From: Bilabrum cf. latius
Lineage: Eukaryota
Assembly: GCA_965178125.1 (NCBI GenBank)
Contig: OZ237740.1
Coordinates: 1,054,001 to 1,118,000 of the forward strand
Length of the DNA stretch: 64,000 nt
Reading direction: 5' to 3'
Position numbers and translations under genes: made by a program. The number at the start of each line of letters is the position of its first letter. The stretch's first letter is position 1. The notes under the pieces were generated by a model, which saw nothing but the letters and a program-made list of their open reading frames with translations, was not told the DNA's origin and searched no databases. Of the stretch, positions 25,901-36,961 are shown piece by piece.

Positions 25901-27430
25901 GGCGGTAGGCACGGGCACGGCGGGCGGCAGGACTCGGGACGCCGCCTCCAGGGCTCCATGTCGAAGCATGGCGGCAACAGCCGGGCAAGCGGCGGCGCAG
26001 GCGGGCCCATGCTGACCCGCAATACAGAGGGTGCGAAGGGTGCCGCGTTCATGCGTGCCCGGGGGAAGGACCCTGCTGTCGGAGGCAGGGCGCCTGGGTC
26101 TGCGGGCTCTTCGAGGGCGGCTGGAGGCAGCACCGGCGGCTGGGGCGGGCGCGCAGGTCGTGATTCTCCTCGCACCAGCACACCAAGCCGTGGCTCCGGT
26201 GGAGGCTCTGGCGGCGGCTGGCGCAGTGGTGGGACCACTGGCGGTTCTGGTGCTGCACGGGGAGGCGCGGGGAGCGGTGCGGCGTCGTCGTCGTCGTCTG
26301 CCGGCCCCACCCCTCTGAAGAAGGCCAGCGAGCTGCCGTCGAGCCCTGTAGCGGCGAGCCCAGCGCCCGGAAAGGAGCCTGCCTACAGCATGACCGACAA
26401 GGAGGTCGAGCTCAAGGCGGTGTCCATGCTGGGCGAGTACAAAGGGAACGAAGGAGTCGACTCTAGGGACGAAGACGCGGCGGTTGACTTCGAAGAGGGG
26501 CTCAAAGCAGACCCTGCCACCTTTGCCTACAGGTTCGTTGGGTATGCCAGCGTGGGCATGCTGGACTCGCACGGTCCCAAGCTGGCCAGCACCGTGGCAC
26601 CAATGCTGGTTGGGCTGGTGGGTCAGGACAAGCTCGGCAAGGAGGACATCCAGAAGGGCCTGTGCAAGGGCATGGAGAAGTTCTCGTCGGTGGCCATGGA
26701 GGCGCCCAAGCTGCCGCAGTTCTTCGATGAGATTCTCGGGGGCCTGCTAGAGGCGGGCCTGATCGACTATGACACCATCTGTGGCATGCTGCCAAGGGCA
26801 GTTGCCGTGGGCAAGGGCATCGCTTGCTTCGCGGGATCCATGCTCAAGGCAGCGGCAGGAGCCAAGGTGGGCGACGAGGAGGTGGAGGCGCAGCTGGCCC
26901 GGCTAGCCCCAGCCAGTCCCTTTGACCTGGGCCAGGGCGCGCCCAAGCTGAGCCCGGAGTGCAAGAGCAGGCTGCCCAGCCTGGTGCAGGCCGTGGATTT
27001 GGCGAGGTCGATGGACGGCTGCAACCCGGAGGCCGTCGCAGCAGCGGCTGCCAAGGGCGCAGATTCCGCTGCACCGGAGGTGTTGGCCCGTGTCATCAGC
27101 GTGGCGGCGTGTGGCGCGTGCGGCAACAAGAACAGGAAGAACGAGGCGGGCATGGCTGCCGCAGTGGATGGCATCGCGGGTGTGATCAAGAGCATGCTGG
27201 GAGGGGATGCCGCCCTGGAGGCCCAGTTCCTGGAGGGTGTGGCTGGCGTGGTGCGCGAGGACTTCATGTTTCCCGTGGCATTTGGGCCCAAGGTGATCGT
27301 GAAGAGCCTGCAGGCTGCTGGTGCTCTCAGCGGTGGGGCTGCGGCAGAGCTACGCAAGGTGGCAAGTGCGCCCGGACCTGCAGGGCCCAAGACAATCGAG
27401 CAGGTCTCGGAACTCATTGCGCTCCTGTGA
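22957..27430 (+). CDS. eIF4G: Translation initiation factor eIF4G-like protein (MIF4G domain plus C-terminal HEAT/MA3-like region); exons 22957-22997, 23088-23110, 23187-27430
   Basis: MIF4G motifs VTAVLNKLT, IVDLIFDKAL, VECLCNLIMQVG and IRLRFLC*DVLD; Q/P-rich N-terminus; RGG linker. TAGs at 22981, 23366, 23780, 24278, 24434, 25589 and 25700. The two 5' introns restore the frame. Ends TGA. Confidence 0.88.
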
Positions 27431-27516
27431 TCGTGAAGGTGCCATCTGTGGCTCGGGCGGATCGTGAATGCTGTTTTATACATCATGAACAAAGTAAAAT
27501 TGTGGCCTCTCATCGG

Positions 27517-29115
27517 TCAATCTGGATGAATTGCTTCCTAACCCTTCGCCATCCCAGTAGATCTAAGGTTCTCCTTGTCCACTGTAGATTCAGCCGAACC
27601 CTGCCTCTCCAGCGACATGTCTCCTCCAGAGGTGGGGCTACTTCCGCGCGGACTAGCAGTCGCACGGCTGTCTGGCTAGCTAGGTTCGTGGGGCAGCGTG
27701 GTCGGCTCGCCACCCACCAGGTGGAAGACAAGCGCTCCAGACACAACGATGACCAAGCTCACCCAGTACCACGCACTCAACGAATTACCAAATATAGCAG
27801 CAGCAGCTAGTGCAGCCCAGGCGTCCGACGAAAGCAGCGATATGTTGAAGAAAGCTGCGTCGGCGTGTTGCAGAAAGTGCGCTGTCAGCACGTACATTGC
27901 CACAAGGCACACCACGAAGCCAGCCAGATGAAGCTGGACCCCCCCAGGGTGACTACCACTCACTGGATCCAGCCCAATCAGCTGCAGGGCACCGCGTCTC
28001 TCGAGCACGAGCACTTGCACCACGCTCACGACAGCTCCAAAGGCCCCCACGCCGCCCAGGTACTCCCCGGGCCCTCCCCGCCCCCTGACCAGCGCCTCCT
28101 GCGCGACATTGTTGCAAGCATACAGAATAGAACCCAGCACACACAGCATGTCGCCGAGAGCCCGCTGGCCCCCTTGCGACCACTCCGAGGGCGGCGTGCT
28201 CGCAGAGGCTGCAAGTCGGAGCACTTGCTCCGTGAGCGAGCGCGCCGGTGACACGCCAGACGGGGGAAGATCTGCACCGTTGCCCGCAAGGGTTGCGTTT
28301 CTTCCTCCCCCGCTTTGGCTGCCGCCACTGCTGCTGCTGTCCCCCGGATCTACAGCGTCACCGATCACCAGCACGATGAGCCCAACGAGGCAGACAAGGC
28401 CGGCACCGATGTGAATCCACGTGAACCGCCTTCGCAGGAAGATTGATTCGAGCAACATTGCCGTTGGAATGCTGAGACAATCCAACAACATGACAGACGT
28501 TAGAGTCGTGTACTAGTACGCCATCACGACGAGAAAATTCGCCTCCACGTCGGTGAAGCCAAGAACCGCATACCGCCACCATGGCACAGATAGCTCCGAA
28601 CAGCATGGCCTGCACTTCCAACAGTCCAAATTTTCACAACCGCATAGCAGAGCCGGCTGGTTATCGGGGGTTTGCAACGCGTGCGGCGCGCCAGAATCCT
28701 GCAGCCTTGGCGCAGCGGCGGGAACACGGCTCTCGACGGGTGTCCCCAGACTCTTTGCGACTGGGGAGCAGAGCAAGGGCTCGCTATCAGACCTTGATGA
28801 CTTGACACATCCATTTGTTCCGTCAGAATGCTGTCTCGTGTCCTGACCCTCTGTTGAATCGTTCAAGTGTTCACCTGTGCTGCTGGATGGCATCCTCGTG
28901 TTAGAATTTAGTCGTGGACAAGCTAGCCGGACAACCAAAAATAGCGATAACAAACTGTAAGATAATATCGATTGCGACGTGGGTGCATCAACGCCTGCGT
29001 TGGCTATCCAGGTCGAAAAAACCCCAGTACCAGCCACGAGCAGACTGATAGCCTGGCCGAACAGTACTGTAAAGAATGCCTTGTTCGTGCATATCGAGCA
29101 CGAAACCTACGCCAT
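27517..29115 (-). CDS. SLC35F1/F2-like (DUF914) solute carrier
   Basis: GQAISLL, APTSQSILSYSLL, DVEANFLVVMAY*YTTLTSVMLLDC, GDMLCVLGSILYACNNVAQE and FFNISLLSSDAW. TAGs at 29107, 28513, 27676 and 27538; stop TGA 27517. Confidence 0.9.
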
Positions 29116-29278
29116 GACTATGATTTTGTCAGACTCCCTCTGTCATGTGACTGTCTCTTGCAATGAGAAGAAGCTGCAGTTGCACAAGAGCACAGCAACA
29201 GATGACGATTGAGCCTCCTGCGAAGAACGGTGCAGAATCTAGCACAAGTAGTACTTTTAGAATATAGTACCATTGCAC

Positions 29279-32200
29279 ATGGATGAAAATAGTGGTCATG
29301 CAGGGGAGTCACACAGGGGACGAGGGAGAGGTCGTCGCAATAGGCGTGGTGGGAGGGATCGTGGTGGACGACGCGGCGGCGGCAGAGCTGGTGCAGACGG
29401 TGTATCTCAGACCGGAGGTGGAGTTAATTCGTCTACGTAGAGATAGAATACACGTGGTGGGTCGGGAACCAGGCAGGCTGGAGGACAGAGTAGGGAAACC
29501 GGTGGCTTTGCTGCCCGTGCGCTCGCAAGAGCTGCAGCCTCTGGAGCAGGAGCAGCAGATCCAAGTGAAATGTCACAAACCACGCGGGCAAGTGGTGGTT
29601 CCGGAGGAAACCGTGGTCGCGGTAGAGGCCGAGGGGCCGGTCGAGGGCGGGGTCGAGGGAGAGGCAGATCTCCGGGGTCCGGCGGGACTAGCTAGTAGCA
29701 TGGTGGGTCTGCTGCCCGCAGGGGCAGGGGTGCCAGACGTGGCGGGCGTGGTAGGGGTGGATCGCATCGTGGTGGCTCGAATGCACCCCGCGCCCGCGCG
29801 CGGCAGTCCACCGGAGCCTCCTCCGATTCTGATCCATCCGAAGGGGAGGGCCGAGGGCCTCGAGGGAGAGCGCGGGCGAGACGGATGGGGAGGGGCAGGG
29901 GGAGGAGGAGGACGATGGGTTCGGTTGAGAGCTCCTCGGAATCATCCGGTTCGTATGACAGCGACCCTGACGGAAGCAGCTCCAGCCCCATTTCCCAGCT
30001 GGGAGCAGACTCGGATGATAGAGATTCAGACTCAACCCGAAGCAGCGAGGGGGATCAGTCGAGCGTGATCTCTGATTCGTACGAGCTGAGGCAGTTTCAG
30101 GGAGCAAGGAGGAAGCACCAGTGCGCTGTGGTAGGGCTGGCGACGGCAGCCATCTCGGTTGACATCGATGCGATCGTCGGCGCGGATGCTCGCTGGGGGC
30201 AGGAGGACCCCGCAAGGCCGCTTGCCCTGCGCCGTCTGCTTTGTCCGGAACCCATGCCCTACGCTCTCGACTTCGTGAAGATAGCGCTTATTGAACACGG
30301 CGGACACATGGATCCGCCGGCGAGCGAGTTGGCCTCAAGCCGAGATGCGTTGGCGACCGTGCCTGCGGCAGCGCTGGAGCTGTCTGCCATTATCTGCGGA
30401 GCTATTGCGCAAGCGACAGCCAGCCGCATTCGACAAGAGCTTTAGGGCAGTTCGTCTGATAGCGATGCCGCATCTGCGGTGACGTTTTCCGATGACACCG
30501 ATTTGAGTGCCGCGGCCACGCGAGCCTTGATCCCCCTGCTGCAGCGCGAGCTCAGGAGACTGCCCTGCGAGGGCACCGCGCTGAGGATCCGCGAGGCGGG
30601 TGCTGACGGCACGACACATGTGGGGGCAGCCAGTCTAGCCGCAGCTGCCGGTGGCAAGACATACGAAGTGTCCATGAAGCGCAGCCAGATCTGCTCTGGC
30701 GCACTGCCGGCGCTTGCCATGATGCTGTATCCCTCCTTGCCAGTGCAGCCTTGGGAGAGCCGGAACAGGTTAGTGCAGCTGCCGGAGCCAGATGCCTCCA
30801 ACAAGGCTCGGTTGAGGAAAGTGGTGCACAGCGTCACTCGACACCTATTGGCCACTGACTAGGCGTTGCGGTCGTCTGGGGACTCTTCGATAGATAAGGC
30901 GTTCGACGAGATGGCGGCGGTCGGGCTGCGACCAGGTATCGAAGAGCAGGTCGCATCCGGTTTGCTCGCTGAGAGTCAGGTGCAGGCGAGGGAGGCCATG
31001 GGGACGAAACCTGTCGCCGCCTGGCAGATCGGAGCTATGCTTGAGAAGGTCATCTTTGGGCTGCTGCACGACCTCCCGACAAGACTGAAGGGAACCTCGG
31101 CCTCGTCGCCTTACGCGCTAGAAGGCGCCAAGCAGGCGCTTCGGTCTTGCGGGCTCCTATGGGCCACCCTTTCCAGGGAACACAGAGTGAACGAGCCCAA
31201 GACTGTCCACGACGATGTAGGGGCCCGTTGCGCGAGCGCTCGCATCGATAGGCTCCTCGGAGAGGGTGCACCTGGCACGCAGGTGCCCGCATCCCTTGTG
31301 GACAAGATGCAGCGGGAGTGGGCGCGGCGGGATGCGATGGAGTCCTCTTCGTTGCGCGCAATTATTAGCGAGCTGCAAGACTGTCTGCAGGCCAAGCCCA
31401 GCTTTGCCTTTATGGTCGTGCAGGCGTTCGGTTTGCAGCGCTGTCTCAGGCTATTGGTGAGCTGTTCCAGTCGCCCGGAGCTAGAGATCGTTTGCGAGGC
31501 GCTGCGGCTGTCGCGAGAGGTTCAAGAAGAACAAGATGGCTAGGACGGGTCTGATGGCGCGGCTGGCAGCTCCACAGCCAGCGCTGTGGCAACTGAGTTG
31601 TCCTAGGGCTTGCTGCACGCCAGGCTCGCAGCATCTTTCGTGAATTCGTACGCAGGCCTAGAGGAGGGAACCGAGTCGCAGGTGACGCCTCTGCGTGCAG
31701 TTCTCTTGTCGCTGCTTGTGGCGGCTGATGTGGAAGGCGGCCTCATCGACTGCATTGACCCGCCCTCCTTGCCTGGCGGGGCTTACGATTGGGACGGAAG
31801 CTGGCTCCGAGGGGCCATGTGGGAGCAGGAGGGCAGTCAGAGGGGGAGGCGCTCTGTGCAAGACCTAGCACACTGCCGGCCATGCAGGCCACAGGGACTT
31901 GATGAGGGATTGCTGATGCACGTTCTCTTTGGGATTGCGAGGCGGGGTACCCCGCTCGGGGTGGTGGAGCTGCTCCGATCGTTGATCGTGCTGCTAGTGC
32001 GGTGCGTGACCGGGCACGAGCTGGGACAGACCCTGTTGGAGGACTCGGACTCCTGCTACCAGCCCGAGTTTGACGGGCAATGGACGGCGGAGAGGCTAAG
32101 GGGCCATGGCAGTGATGCCGCACAGGGCTCTCTGCTCCGGCCCGAGTGGCTTGTGGCACACCAGCCTCTCCGGAATATCAAGGCGCTTGCCAGCATGGAC

Positions 32201-35200
32201 TTCATGTCCGTCAGATCGTGCAGACTGCTGCTGAGCAGCGGTATGGTCGCGTTCCTGTGTCAGAGGGTTGCGCGGTGCCTGCGCGGGCTTGCGTTCGACG
32301 TTGCCGGTTCCTGGGACGACGAGTCGTACCGGTCGTCCGAGGACGAGGTGCACGTTCTGCTGAAGAAGGGCGAAGAGTGGTCAGTGCGGCAGCTGCTTGG
32401 CTCGGCGAGCCAGCTGTACCTCCTGCGGCGCGCGCTTCCCCGCGCATGCGTGTTCAAGCCCGCCGAGGCCGAGGGCCAAACGCTTGCAGTAGCCGCGATG
32501 GTGGTGGCTGCAAGGCGGTCGGACTACCTGTGGCGCCTTGCATACGACAACGTGGGCGAAGGCGGCCAGACCAAGGCACAGACAGCCGGAGATCGTGCGG
32601 CAGATCTAGACGCAGTGGTGGGTGGATTCTTCGACGACCTTGAGGACGTGGACGAGGACGTCATCGGCGGGGCACTGATGGACGTGGACAGAGAGGGATC
32701 CGGTGGCGACGCTGCGCTGGGAGCAGCAGCGGGCGCGGCGTCTGGGGCAGGTTCAGGGGATGGGAGCAAGCCTATTCCTGGGACAGCCTCTGGGCCAGCG
32801 TCCAGCTAGCCCTCTGTGAAGCATGCCCACGAGGGCCTCGCATCTCTCAAGTCGGCCATTGCAACGCTGAGCGAGACCTCTATGCTTGACCACGACTGCG
32901 TGCGGGGCCGCGAGGTCAGGCTGCCGAGGGGGGAGCCGGCCTTCGTGATGTGTCACGGCGCCGACTCGTTTGGCGATGTAGATACAGACAGAGACGCGTG
33001 TTTGCCGAGCCTGGCAGCCACTGGGCTCCCAAGCGTGCCGGATCATCTGGAGTGGCTGTGTGAAGAGCTGGCCCAAGAGACGCTCCGTATGAAGACACTG
33101 GCGGCAGCAGCAGGGCTGCTCGGGTCGCACGCTTCGTCCGCCGATTTAGTGGCTGACTCAAGCACCGATGCACCGGCTGCCAGCGGTCGCGCCGCAACCG
33201 ACCCACTCGCAGCTAAGCCGGCACGATTCTCGCTGGATTCGGCTTGGCTGCGCGACTGGAGGCACATGCGGTCGACAGGGCTCAGACAGCTTAGCTTTGC
33301 TCGAGATTGGGCCGACTGTGCATTTGGGATCCTCGCTGCCCCCGTTGCCACGGCATTGGACCACGCCTTGTCCGCGATGGATCTCGCGCATACCGGCTCG
33401 CCCATGGAGTGCGTGGGTCGGTTTGGCGCGATCTTGTCATGCTCCATGGCCTTTGGCCAGGTGTTGCAGGCCTCGTATGCTCATCATTGTGCTGGCAAGG
33501 AGGACGGGAGCGATGGTGGTGCCTCTTCACTAGCAGCTAGTGATGGAGGGGAAGGCCTCTGGGAACAGCTGGTCGAGGCGCAGGCACAGCAGCGGTCTCC
33601 CGCCTCGGCATCGTCTGCGTCTAAAGCAAAACGGATTGGCGCAGCGGGTCTCGCAGGCCTGTAGCAGCGGCTGGAGTATGCACCTACAAGCCAGAGCTTG
33701 GACAAGCTTGTGCTCGTGTGTCTGCCCAGCATTCAGACCCAGGTGGTGCGCGGCTCCAAGCCGTCCGGGTCCTTGGCGCCGCAAGCGGCAGCCTAGTCCG
33801 CACCAGCAATGTCGCGCACCCGTCGGCCGCGCCGTATTTTCAAGATTGAGAAGGATGGAAAGGAGCCAGAGTGGGCCGCAGAAGCTAAAAAGCGCCAGGA
33901 GGAAGACGAAGCAGCAACGAGGACCGCTGCCGCACAAGCACCGGCCCCGCCCAGCTCACTTAGCCATCATCCACAAGCCGAAGCAGCCGCATAGTGCCAG
34001 GCAGCTCCTCTCCCAATCACGGTGTCCAGCGATGTTGTACCGGCTCAAGCACTGACCCTAAAATAGATTAGGCGTTCCGTGTCAAATGAAAGTCGCGGGC
34101 CTGCTCCTGATGCGTCCGAAGGTGTCGACGTTAAACCACGCGCCATGCCAGATATGCCCACTCCGTCGAGTGCCTCGCTTCTGGTCGTTACGGTGGCAAA
34201 CTGCGCGCGAGATCCATGCAAAGCGATATCCGAGGCTCGACCTACGCACCCGTCGGTCGTTCGTCTGTTTCAGCGACGCAGCACCGCGATCCAGGAGCTG
34301 GCAGACAACGACGAAGCCGGCGAGCTGCCCCCGATGATGGGCTTTCTGGCCGATATTCCTAGGGTCATGCCTCTTTCTAGCCGCATCTCGTACGTCTCTA
34401 GCCTCACGAGCGACCATGATGAGCGCGAAGTCGGCCTATTTGAGGGCGACATCGACCGCATTGCACGGGGTGAGGATTTCCGTCAGTCGGTCCTGGCCTT
34501 CGTGCTGGATATGATGCGCAGCCGTCCAGAAGAGGTACGGCCGCTCCCTACCATCGTATTCAAGGGAGAAGAGGGGGCAGGGCCCGGGCCGTCTCGGGAG
34601 GGGCTAGTACTGCTTGCAAACGTGCTTTTCTCCACCGAGCCCGTGTGGCGCGCTGAGGTAGACGCCAAGATCGCCGCTGGCACCAAAGGTGTCAAGTCGG
34701 CCGAGGACGTTGTGCTGGACGGCTGCTCAGAGGACGGCACATCGCCAGGACATCCTGTGGGGGACGCGCTCCTGTGGGCACTGCCTCTGTTCAAGCCATC
34801 GCCGGACGGGCGGCACGTGGTGCCAGTGCCGAGCGAGTGCATTCCGTGGGGGCAGCCGGTCCCTGGTGCTCCGAAGCGCTGGGTGTCCGCGCCACGCTAG
34901 GGCAAGAAGAAGACAAAGAAACAGAAGGTGGTGAAGGAGGCGCAGCCAATCCGGTACCCTCGGTCCAGGAGCATGGGCATTCGTATCAGGCAGGCGCTGT
35001 TTAAGGCTGCCGGGCGGCTGTTGGGGATGTCGGTCCTCAGCCGGCAGCCCCTTGGTGTGGCTCTGCCGCAGATCATGACAGATTTTCTGCGGTTTCCTGC
35101 CGCCAGCTCCATCGAGTCTCTGATCGTTGGTTCGGGGTTTGCTGCTGCGGACGCCTTCAGACAGCAGCTCGACTTCGAGCAGACATAGGTAGCTGCATTC

Positions 35201-35812
35201 GCCGAGGCCACAGAGGCCGCGAGGCCTGGCCCCAGCGCGCGAGCCACGGGGTGGCTGCGGCCCTCTCCCGACTTGCTCGCGGGGGCGTCGCAGAGCGCAG
35301 CAGCGCTGGTGCGAGCCATGGGAGAGGTGGATGCAGGGTTTGCGCGCCAGTGCAAGGCCATTCTGCAGGTTGACTTGGGATACGGGATCGAGCCAAGCGT
35401 TGAGGAACGGGCCAGAGAGGTCCTCGAGAGCGGCGGAGACTCCACAAGCAGGCGCGCCGCTGAGGCCGTCTCTGGTGTACTGGCTGCCTGGGTCCCTCCC
35501 GAGACGGGATTCGAGGACATGCGACTAGAGTACTCCGGGCGGGGGGACGGGCTGCCTGCGGGCGCCTCGCCAGACTGCCAGCTTGCATTCATGCAGGAGT
35601 GCGTGGTGAGGCAGGGCGGGGGACGCGTGGTGGGCGGGTTTGAGGCACCTACGAGCCGCGTGGCGAGCAGGCTGCTGGCGGGTCCGAAGGGTACAAAAGG
35701 TCGCAAGCGGAAGGGTGGGGCGGGCTCTGGCGGCTGGCAAGCTGACCCAGCTGCAGGAAAACGAGACGACGAGGGCGCGGGCGGCTGCAAGTCGGACGAT
35801 GAGGACGAGGAA

Positions 35813-35844
<32 letters not shown>

Positions 35845-36856
35845 AGGCACGCCACCCTAGGCCGGTGGAGCTGGCTAGGCGAGCGGGACGCCGTCCGGCG
35901 CCGCAACGGGCGGGGCAGCCGCTGCAGGCAAAGATGCGCCATCCAGCCCGGGCAGCGCCGCACCGCTGAAGCCGAAGCACGGAGGGAAACACTGGTTGCG
36001 CTACCTGCAGGCCGACGGTGCTCTCCACGTCTCGGAAGATCCTCTGTACTTCGAGCACGGCACGCGGTAGGAGACGGAGGCCCAGGCGAGGGAGAGGAGG
36101 GAGGAGGAGGAGGCGTGCGGACCGCTGCCCAAGGAGTTCCCCTTGACCGTTGCAGTGCCGTCGCCGCTTTTGCGCAACGACACCAAGCTGCAGTTCGTGA
36201 GGCTGCATGCGGCGCGGCTGTGCCTTGGCAGCCCGCTCGCGGCTGATGCAGAGTCCCTGCTTATCGTGCAACAGCGGGTCACTCAGCGCGAGTGGGACCA
36301 GATGGGCTCGTCTGGCGGCTTGCACGACCTGCGAGAGTCGGTGCAGTGCTCCTTTGAAATGCTGGCCTCGATGAAGACCCGGGCGTGTGACGCGGCCGCC
36401 ATGCGAGACGGCTTTTCTGAGATGGTGACCCGCGCGAGGGTGTTCTCTGCCGCGGAGCTGCAGGCCATGTTCCGCGGGTCTAGGAGTATCGACGTGCGCG
36501 CCTGGCGCGCGGCTTCGAGGCCGCACCCGCCCAACCTGCGCAGCCCGGTGCTTGGCTGGCTGTGGGACGAGATCGGAGGGATGGACGAAGCCTTGAAGCG
36601 GGCCCTCCTTCGTTTCTGGACGGGGAGCTCGACGCCTCCGGTGGGGGGGTTCCGGTCGGGCGTGCAAATGGAGGGCAAGCTTAAGGTGTGCGTGTCTCAT
36701 CAGTCGAGCGGCGGAGACGATGCTGACGGTAGGCTGCCCAAGTCGAGCACGTGCGACTTGCAGCTGCAGCTGCCGGCGTACAGCAGCCGAGCAGTCCTCG
36801 GCAGACAACTGCGGAGGGCCATTGAAATGGCTGGGGAAGGGTATGGCTTGCTCTGA
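29279..36856 (+). CDS. HECT-domain E3 ubiquitin ligase (~2525 aa) with RGG-rich N-terminus
   Basis: One frame with 18 in-frame TAGs, including tandem TAGTAG at 29693-29698. HECT motifs IVFKGEEGAGPGPSREG, LFKAAGRLLG, LLRFWTGSSTPPVGGF and LPKSSTCDLQLQLPAYSS (catalytic Cys); C-terminus EGYGLL then TGA. Confidence 0.9.
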
Positions 36857-36961
36857 GTGGACTTGTAGCACGCTGCATTTTGTGTCACCCGGAGCCCGAA
36901 CACGCTAGGTTGTCCTCGAATAATCAAAACATTGTCGCCACCTTCAAGTGTGGGCCACAGG

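Noticed and set aside
35525-36871. Long antisense or alternative-frame ORFs (e.g. 35525-36871, 25484-26572, 51043-52233, 29283-30068)
   Set aside because: Shadow ORFs of GC-rich coding sequence; the recognisable domains are in other frames.
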